A stretch of 6,629 bases of DNA, taken from Octopus sinensis. Lineage: Eukaryota. Made by a program: the position numbers and the translations under genes. Shown in pieces: positions 1 through 5,537 of the stretch. How positions within the stretch are numbered: the stretch's first letter is position 1; each line of letters begins with the position of its first letter. The stretch covers positions 1 through 6,629 of the forward strand of contig NW_021829289.1 of NCBI RefSeq assembly GCF_006345805.1, given 5' to 3'. The notes under the pieces were generated by a model. It saw nothing but the letters and a program-made list of their open reading frames with translations, had not been told where the DNA came from and searched no databases.

Positions 1-6
1 ATATAT

Positions 7-54
<48 letters not shown>
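1..54. repeat. (TA)n microsatellite, runs off the window start
   Basis: Near-perfect AT dinucleotide run with one AA interruption. Confidence 0.97.
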
Positions 55-55
<1 letters not shown>

Positions 56-295
56 GAAAGAAGGTTTGAAAAATGCAATTTAAAAGCTGTTTATTACTTT
101 ACCGGTTATATATATAAATATATATATATGAGTACCACTGGCGATTTTTTTCCTCTGTCTTCCCTTCTCGGGATCTTTCCTTTTCTTATGTTTCCGACGA
201 AGAGCGTCCAATAATACTTTATTTGTTCCACGTCCTCTCGTTGTTGTGTTATTTTTTGTTTTTGTGTTTTCTTGTTTGGATTAATTATATGCATA

Positions 296-528
296 TGTAT
301 ATGTATGTTCTTGTGTGTCTGTGTTTGTCCCCCCAACATCGCTTGACAACCGATGCTGGTCTGTTTACGTCCCCGTCACCTAGCGGTTCGGCAAAAATTG
401 ACCGATGTAATAAGTACTAGGCTTACAAAGAATAAGTCCTGGGGTCGATTTACTCGACTAAAGGTGGTGCTCCAGCATGGCCACAGTCAAATGACTGAAA
501 CAACTAAAAGAGTAAAAGAGTAAAAGAG
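296..528 (+). mobile_element. SINE family A, copy A1, 3' half only (no tRNA head)
   Basis: Aligns to the 3' modules of A3 (about 1705-1915) and A4 (about 2500-2650): TGTCTGTGTTTGTCCCC...GACAACCGATGCTGG...AATAAGTACT...GGGGTCGAT...CAGCATGGCC. Ends in a (TAAAAGAG)3 tail at 505-528. Confidence 0.9.
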
Positions 529-621
529 AATACAGTTATGAAAAAAGAAAACCCATACAAAACTCACTTATTTTAATCCAAAAACTTAAAAGTTACGATA
601 ACAATATTATCATAGTTATGA

Positions 622-765
622 TAAATATATTTACGGAGATGTACTTGCATAGCAAGTGATTTGATCTGAGATCGTGTGCTGAAACGAAAACAATTGCAGC
701 GTGGAAGGTGTTTGTAATCCATTTAAGATACACACAAAAGTCGTTCGATTCACTTCAACATTTAA
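622..765 (+). mobile_element. Palindromic foldback/MITE-like element, family C copy C1, left arm before the SINE insertion
   Basis: ACGGAGATGTACTTGCATAGCAAGTG...GATTCACTTCAACATTTAA matches the reverse complement of 5010-5079 plus 4709-4768 and the direct copy at 4582-4650. No coding capacity. Superfamily not assignable. Confidence 0.75.
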
Positions 766-1162
766 CTCTTTTACTCTTTTTTAGTCATTTGACTGCGGCC
801 ATGCTGGAGCACCGCCTTTAGTCGATCAAATCGACCCCGGGACTTATTCTTTTGTAAGCCCAGTACTTATTCTATCGGTGTCTTTTGCCGAACCGCTAAG
901 TAACGGGGACGTAAACACACCAATTCTAGGGGGACAAACACAGACACACAAACCCACACCACACACACACACACATATATATATATATACATATATATGA
1001 CGGGCTTCTTTCAGTGTCCGTCTACCAAATCCACTCACAAGGCATTGGTCGGCCCGGGGCTATAGTAGAAGACACTTGCCCAACGTGCCACGCAGTGGGA
1101 CTGAACCCGGAACCATGTGGTTGGTTAGCAAGCTACTTACCACAGAGCCACTCCTGCGCCTA
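766..1162 (-). mobile_element. SINE family A, copy A2, full length, inserted into C1
   Basis: Reverse complement reads TAGGCGCAGGAGTGGCTCTGTGG (A box)...GGGTTCAGTCCC (B box-like)...TTGGGCAAGTGTCTTCT (CORE-like), internal TA/TG tract, 3' module, AAAAGAGTAAAAGAG tail. Family C sequence resumes on both sides. Confidence 0.93.
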
Positions 1163-1279
1163 AGTTTAATTTAAGTTTAATTTGTCAAAATATTTTCGTC
1201 GCTATAAGACCGCGACCTGTTCACTGACAAAAATCCAGTGAATCGAACGGCTTTTGTGTGATAAATATATTATTATGAT
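1163..1279 (+). mobile_element. Family C copy C1: rest of left arm, deleted centre, remnants of right arm
   Basis: 1173-1217 matches 4651-4695. 1237-1260 is the reverse complement of 731-754 (23/24). 1264-1279 (AATATATTATTATGAT) is identical to 5084-5099 at the right end of C2. Confidence 0.72.
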
Positions 1280-1370
1280 TAATGACACGGAAAATATCAA
1301 AATGAGATTAACTAATTTTATATCTTAATTAATGTTACTGAATTAAATATCATAACATTGATGTGATACT

Positions 1371-1462
1371 TATAATATATATATATATATATAATTATAT
1401 TATATATTATATTATATATATATATATTATATATATTTATAATATATATATATATATATATA
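1371..1462. repeat. Imperfect (TA)n microsatellite
   Basis: Interrupted TA run. Confidence 0.93.
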
Positions 1463-1517
1463 CAGGAGTAAACAATAAATGTGAAACAAGAGTACTCAAA
1501 TACTAGTGGTAGAGTAA

Positions 1518-1920
1518 TAGGCGCAGGAGTGACTGAGTGGTAAGTAGCTTGCTAACCAACCACATGGTTCCGGGTTCAGTCCCACTGCGTGGCATCTTGG
1601 GCAAGTGTCTTCTACTATAGCCTCGGGTCAACCAAAGCCTTGTGAGTGGATTTAGTAGACGGAAACAGAAAGAAGCCTGTCGTATATATATATACGTATG
1701 TATGTGTATGTGTTTGTGTGTCTGTGTTTGTCCCCCTAGCATTGCTTGACAACCGATGCTGGTGTGTTTATGTCCTCGTTATTTAGCGGTTCAGCAAAAG
1801 AGACCGATAGAATAAGTACTGGGCTTACAAAAGAATAAGTCCCTGGGTCGATTTGCTCGATTAAAGGCGGTGCTCCAGCATGGCCGCAGTTAAATGACTG
1901 AAACAAGTAAAGGAGAAAGA
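1518..1920 (+). mobile_element. SINE family A, copy A3, full length
   Basis: tRNA-like head TAGGCGCAGGAGTGACTGAGTGG...GGGTTCAGTCCC, CORE-like CTTGGGCAAGTGTCTTCT, internal TA/TG tract at about 1683-1720, 3' module ending CAGCATGGCCGCAGTTAAATGACTGAAACAAGTAAAGGAG. No clear TSD. Confidence 0.93.
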
Positions 1921-1941
1921 GAGAGATACCTACTTTTACAC

Positions 1942-2270
1942 CCCGCTGTGCCAAACACCGACCTGTAGGAAAGGGCCAGCCAGGGGTCCATACATGTTCA
2001 GATTAGACGAAGAAGATGGAGATGGATCGGAGGCACACCGCGGAAAGAACCCTCAAATGTGACACGGCAAGCACTTGACTGGAACCCGCAGGGGGAAAGG
2101 AAGCGAGGACGCCCGAAGCAGACATGGAAGCGGAGCATTTTGGACGAGCTCAGGACCACCGGCCTGACATGGGAAGCAGCCAAGAATCACGCCAATGACC
2201 GCAAAAAGGAGAAAACAACTGTTGAAGCCCTATGCTCCAGAAGGGGCAAAAAGGATTCAGAAGAAGATGT
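1942..2270 (+). pseudogene. 5'-truncated RTE-clade LINE, C-terminal end of the RT ORF plus short tail
   Basis: One frame from 1951: [61 protein letters not shown]...GLTWEAAK...[28 protein letters not shown].TW and VEALC are typical RTE C-terminal motifs. In-frame TAG at 1966-1968 is probably a former TGG. GAAGAAGA tail. Overlaps ORF 2059..2274. Confidence 0.88.
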
Positions 2271-2271
2271 A

Positions 2272-2461
2272 TAGGCGCAGGAGTGGCTGTGTGGTAAGTA
2301 GCTTGCTAACCAACCACATGGTTCCGGGTTCAGTCCCACTGCGTGGGATCTTGGGCAAGTGTCTTCTGCTATAGCCTTGGGCCAACCAAAGCCTTGTGAG
2401 TGGATTTGGTAGACGGAAACTGAAAGAAGCCTGTCGTATATATGTATATATGTATATATAA

Positions 2462-2504
<43 letters not shown>

Positions 2505-2650
2505 TGTTTGTCCCCCTAGCATTGCTTGACAACCGATGCTGGTGTGTTTATGCCCCCGTCATTTAGCGGTTCGGCAAAAGATACCGATAGAATAAGTACT
2601 GGGCTTACATAGAATAAGTCCCGGGGTCGATTTGCTCGACTAAAGGTGGT
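2272..2650 (+). mobile_element. SINE family A, copy A4, 3'-truncated
   Basis: Same head, CORE-like block, internal (TG)20 at 2463-2502 and 3' module. Stops at TAAAGGTGGT and lacks the roughly 45-nt terminal CAGCATGGCC...tail seen in A1-A3. Confidence 0.93.
2284..2336 (+). promoter_or_regulatory. Internal RNA polymerase III type-2 promoter (A and B boxes) of SINE A4
   Basis: A box TGGCTGTGTGG 2284-2294. B box-like GGTTCAGTCC 2327-2336, one nt shorter than GGTTCRANTCC, and the same in A2 and A3. Confidence 0.65.
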
Positions 2651-3138
2651 TCGAAGGTTATATGGATACAGTTTGTGTATCAAATAGCTAACTTAAGGCG
2701 ATGGCCTCATGGAGCTAATAAGCGGACAGCTTTATTCTTATTTTTATAAGAATGCCATATTAGTATGGCGATAACTATTATTTTCCGGGAACGCTGCCGT
2801 GTTCTCTTTTAGAGAGACTTAGTAATTTTAATATTTCTATTATTGAAAACAAGTGGATGTATTCCACCAAAGCTAGGTAAATAAACTTCGAACAGAGATT
2901 GTCAGAAGCGACACCTACTGGTCTGACTACGCTACATTGAAAAGGGGCAATACCCCGAAACTCGTCTGTAGCTGTCGGTCAAGTAGTGTGGAGCGACTGA
3001 CCTCCCTTGTTCGAAGGTAATATGGATACAGTTTGTGTATCAAATAGCTAACTTAAGGCGATGGCTCAGGAGCTAATAAGCGGACAGCTTATTCTTATTT
3101 TTATAAGAATGCCATATTAGTATGGCGATAACTATTAT
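2649..3138 (+). mobile_element. Non-coding 360-bp unit with terminal direct repeat and hammerhead ribozyme (candidate non-LTR retrozyme or Penelope-derived non-autonomous element)
   Basis: 2649-2781 and 3009-3138 are direct repeats exactly 360 bp apart, differing by 1 substitution and 3 single-base indels. The unit holds a type I hammerhead fold and many hairpins, has no ORF, and ends at a (TA)n tract. Confidence 0.72.
2931..2972 (+). ncRNA. Type I hammerhead ribozyme motif, U3-A8 core variant
   Basis: Stem I GCTACA(2931-2936)/TGTAGC(2967-2972); core TTGAAAA(2937-2943); stem II GGGG-CAATA-CCCC(2944-2956); GAAA(2957-2960); minimal stem III AC-TC-GT; GTC cleavage triplet with predicted cut after C2966. 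Confidence 0.85.
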
Positions 3139-3278
3139 ATATATATGTATATATATATATGTAATATATATATATATATATATATAGATGTATATATATA
3201 TATATAATATATATATATATTATATAATATATATATATATATTATATATATATATATAATATATATATACATATATAT
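3137..3278. repeat. Imperfect (TA)n microsatellite
   Basis: Interrupted TA run between the hammerhead element and the CR1 fragment. Confidence 0.95.
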
Positions 3279-3939
3279 TCAGAACCAAAGATAAGGAAAC
3301 CATGATGGTCCTCTGGCGAACATTCGTCCTCAGCTCCTGGATTACTGATCACAGCTATGGTCACCCACCAGTGTAAAATTAACAGCGGACCTTGAAGCAA
3401 TCCAGAGAAGATTCACAAGAAGATCGACTCTTTTGCAACAGCTCAGCTACTGGGAAAGGTTGAACAGCTAAGACTCTACTCTCCTGGAGAGAAGACGGAG
3501 AGGTATGCAGTAATATATGTCTGAACATCCTGGAAGGAATTGTGCCAAATTTTGGCATTGTAAGCTACACCAATGCCAGAACGGGACGACACTGCATAGT
3601 GCCAAAGATCCCAGCAATGCCATTACGCTTCAGGACCAGCTTCTGAAACAGCCTGGGTTTCAAGGGCCCATAGCTTTTTAATATTCTCCCAAAGAGTCTG
3701 AAGAACTTGCACAAAGTAGATGTAGCGGTTTTTAAATCAAAGCTGGACCTCTTCCTGTCGAGAGTCCCAGATGAACCTACCTAACGGCAAGAGGTGCAAA
3801 CGAGAGTAGCTATATCAAACTCCATTCTTCACCAAGTGCCACATATTAGAGGAGGCTCTTCGTAATAACAGTGTAGCACAAAACGGCGGTGCATCAGCAT
3901 GGCCGCAGCTCTGAGCTGAAACTAGAAAAAAAAAAAAAA
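3278..3939 (+). pseudogene. 5'-truncated CR1-clade LINE: degraded ORF2 C-terminus, 3' UTR and A-rich tail
   Basis: Reconstructed across frameshifts and stops: FRTKDKETMMVLWRTFVL..LDY*SQLWSP...DLEAIQRRFT..I..LQQLSYWERL..LRLYSLERRRERYAVIYV...ILEGIVPN...FKSKLDLFLSRVPDEP. The LDY.SQLWSP, QRRFT, LSYWERL and SLERRR motifs are typical of CR1/L2-group RT C-termini. Stop TAA 3863-3865, A14 at 3926-3939. Confidence 0.85.
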
Positions 3940-3993
3940 TATAATATATAAAAATATATATATATATATAAGTATATATATATATATATTATA

Positions 3994-4047
<54 letters not shown>

Positions 4048-4073
4048 GTATGTATATATATATATATATATAT

Positions 4074-4109
<36 letters not shown>

Positions 4110-4283
4110 ATATATATATATACTTATATATATAATATATATATAATATATACTTAATATATACATATATTATATAATATATAATATACTTATACATACA
4201 TATATTTATATATATATTAAATATATATATAATATATATATATTATAATAATTATATATATATATATATATAAATATATATAA

Positions 4284-4363
<80 letters not shown>
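3940..4363. repeat. Long imperfect (TA)n microsatellite, about 420 bp
   Basis: Interrupted TA run; source of the spurious IYIY ORFs in the ORF track. Confidence 0.96.
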
Positions 4364-4581
4364 GTTTGCAATAGTTAACATTCTGGAACCTCTATAAATG
4401 TATTAGAGTCACACATTTTAGCCATTTCACTAAAGTTGTAAACTGTAAAAACGTAACTGTCACCACTAATACATGAAACTAAAGATTGCATGGTTTAATG
4501 CATGAAAGTAATATTTCAATCAGAATGGACATTTGATATTCTATCATTTCATATTACATTATATTACATTATATTATTATG

Positions 4582-4768
4582 AACAATTGCGGCGTGTAAG
4601 GTGTTTATAAGCCATTTAAGAAACACGCCATTAGATTCACTTCAGCATTTAAATTTAATTTGCCAAAATATTTCCGTCGCTTTGAGACCGCGACCATCGG
4701 CAAATGATATTTAAATGTTGAAGTGAATCTAACGGCTTCTGTGTGTTTTTAAATGGCTTATAAATACC
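4582..4768. mobile_element. Family C copy C2: partial left arm, deleted centre and inner right arm
   Basis: 4582-4695 matches C1 directly. 4699-4768 is the reverse complement of about 4599-4664. Confidence 0.75.
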
Positions 4769-4996
4769 TATTTCTTTACTACCCACAAGGGGCTAAACAC
4801 AGAGGGGACAAACAAGGACAGACAAATGGATTAAGTCGATTACATCGACCGCAGTGCGTAACTGGTACTTAATTTATCGACCCCGAAAGGATGAAAGGCA
4901 AAGTCGACCTCGGCGGAATTTCAACTCACAACGTAACGCAGACGAAATACCGCTAAGCATTTCGCCCGGCGTGGTAACCTTTTCTGCCAGCTCGCC
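4769..4996 (-). mobile_element. tRNA-derived SINE family B, full length, with 13-bp TSD, inserted into C2
   Basis: Minus strand: GGCGAGCTGGCAGAAAGG (A box)...GAGTTGAAATTCC (B box, 1 mismatch)...GTCGACTTTGCCTTTCATCCTTTCGGGGTCGATAAATTAAGTACC (central domain; from memory it resembles Deu/Nin-type SINE cores)...GTAAAGAAATA. GCTTATAAATACC is duplicated at 4756-4768 and 4997-5009. Confidence 0.92.
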
Positions 4997-5009
4997 GCTT
5001 ATAAATACC

Positions 5010-5099
5010 CTCCACGCTGCAAGTGTTTTTGTTTCAGCACACGATCTCAGATCTGGTCACTTGCTATGCAAGTACATCTTAATAATATATTATTATGAT
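5010..5099 (-). mobile_element. Family C copy C2, outer right arm
   Basis: Reverse complement matches C1 left arm 636-706 (AGATGTACTTGCATAGCAAGTGA...GATCTGAGATCGTGTGCTGAAAC). Confidence 0.8.
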
Positions 5100-5161
5100 A
5101 TTGTAAATAAAACGTGAAAGTCAGACCGTATATATTCATCATTGTTCGACCGTGGTCGGGA

Positions 5162-5163
<2 letters not shown>

Positions 5164-5199
<36 letters not shown>
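5164..5199. repeat. (TA)18 microsatellite
   Basis: Perfect AT run. Confidence 0.97.
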
Positions 5200-5202
<3 letters not shown>

Positions 5203-5260
5203 CTGGCACTGTTGGTTACGATGACAAGTGTTCCGGCTGATGAGAGACAGAGAAAAAGAG

Positions 5261-5286
5261 ACAGACAGATAGACAGATAGAAAGAC

Positions 5287-5329
<43 letters not shown>

Positions 5330-5365
5330 TGCTAGATAGATAGATAGATTGATAGATAGATTGAT

Positions 5366-5436
<71 letters not shown>
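5261..5436. repeat. (GATA)n microsatellite with GACA variants at the left end
   Basis: Tetranucleotide array; source of the YLSI-repeat ORF. Confidence 0.96.
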
Positions 5437-5437
<1 letters not shown>

Positions 5438-5520
5438 GTTTCTTTATCGGCCACAAAGGGCTGCACACAGATGGGACAAGTTACAAGGTAGAGCTTTTCT
5501 TCTGGAGGATGAAAAAAAAA
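5438..5520 (-). mobile_element. Short 3'-terminal fragment of a Tx1-like LINE (copy Y)
   Basis: About 75-80% identical by eye to the 3' end of the adjacent long element (5539-5620). Shares CCACA..GGGCTG, ACAGA.GGGACAA and AGAGCTTTTCTT. Confidence 0.75.
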
Positions 5521-5537
5521 GATAGATGGATAGATAA

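Noticed and set aside
55-290. Short non-microsatellite segments, including CCGACGA-AGAGC at 194-205, reminiscent of a hammerhead core and of repeats I recall from octopus DNA
   Set aside because: No stem II closure or GAAA follows and there is no second copy in the window, so neither a ribozyme nor a family can be supported here.
620-1271. GATAAATATATT at 620-631 and 1260-1271 as a TSD of element C1
   Set aside because: The core AAATATATTT is self-complementary and the downstream sequence is shared with the C2 right end (5084-5099), so it is better explained as the element's inverted terminus.
1463-1517. Short segment between the TA tract and SINE A3, possibly a fragment of another repeat
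   Set aside because: Too short, with no internal match or diagnostic motif.
1518-1590. SINE heads as tRNA genes
   Set aside because: A and B boxes are present but there is no complete cloverleaf, and each head continues into SINE body sequence.
2649-3138. Direct repeats as LTRs of an LTR retrotransposon or as a CRISPR array
   Set aside because: No TG...CA ends, primer-binding site, polypurine tract or TSD. Only two 130-bp repeats in a eukaryotic context.
4364-4581. Unique AT-rich stretch with a short (ATATTACATT)2 repeat
   Set aside because: No ORF, splice pattern or structure that I can support.
5146-5162. CGACC-GT-GGTCG inverted repeat
   Set aside because: 5-bp arms with a 2-nt loop; expected by chance.
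5237-5255. CTGATGA...GAAA as a second hammerhead
   Set aside because: The intervening GAGACAGA cannot form stem II (no G10.1-C11.1 pair), and there is no stem I or III or NUH triplet. It lies at the edge of a GA-rich repeat.
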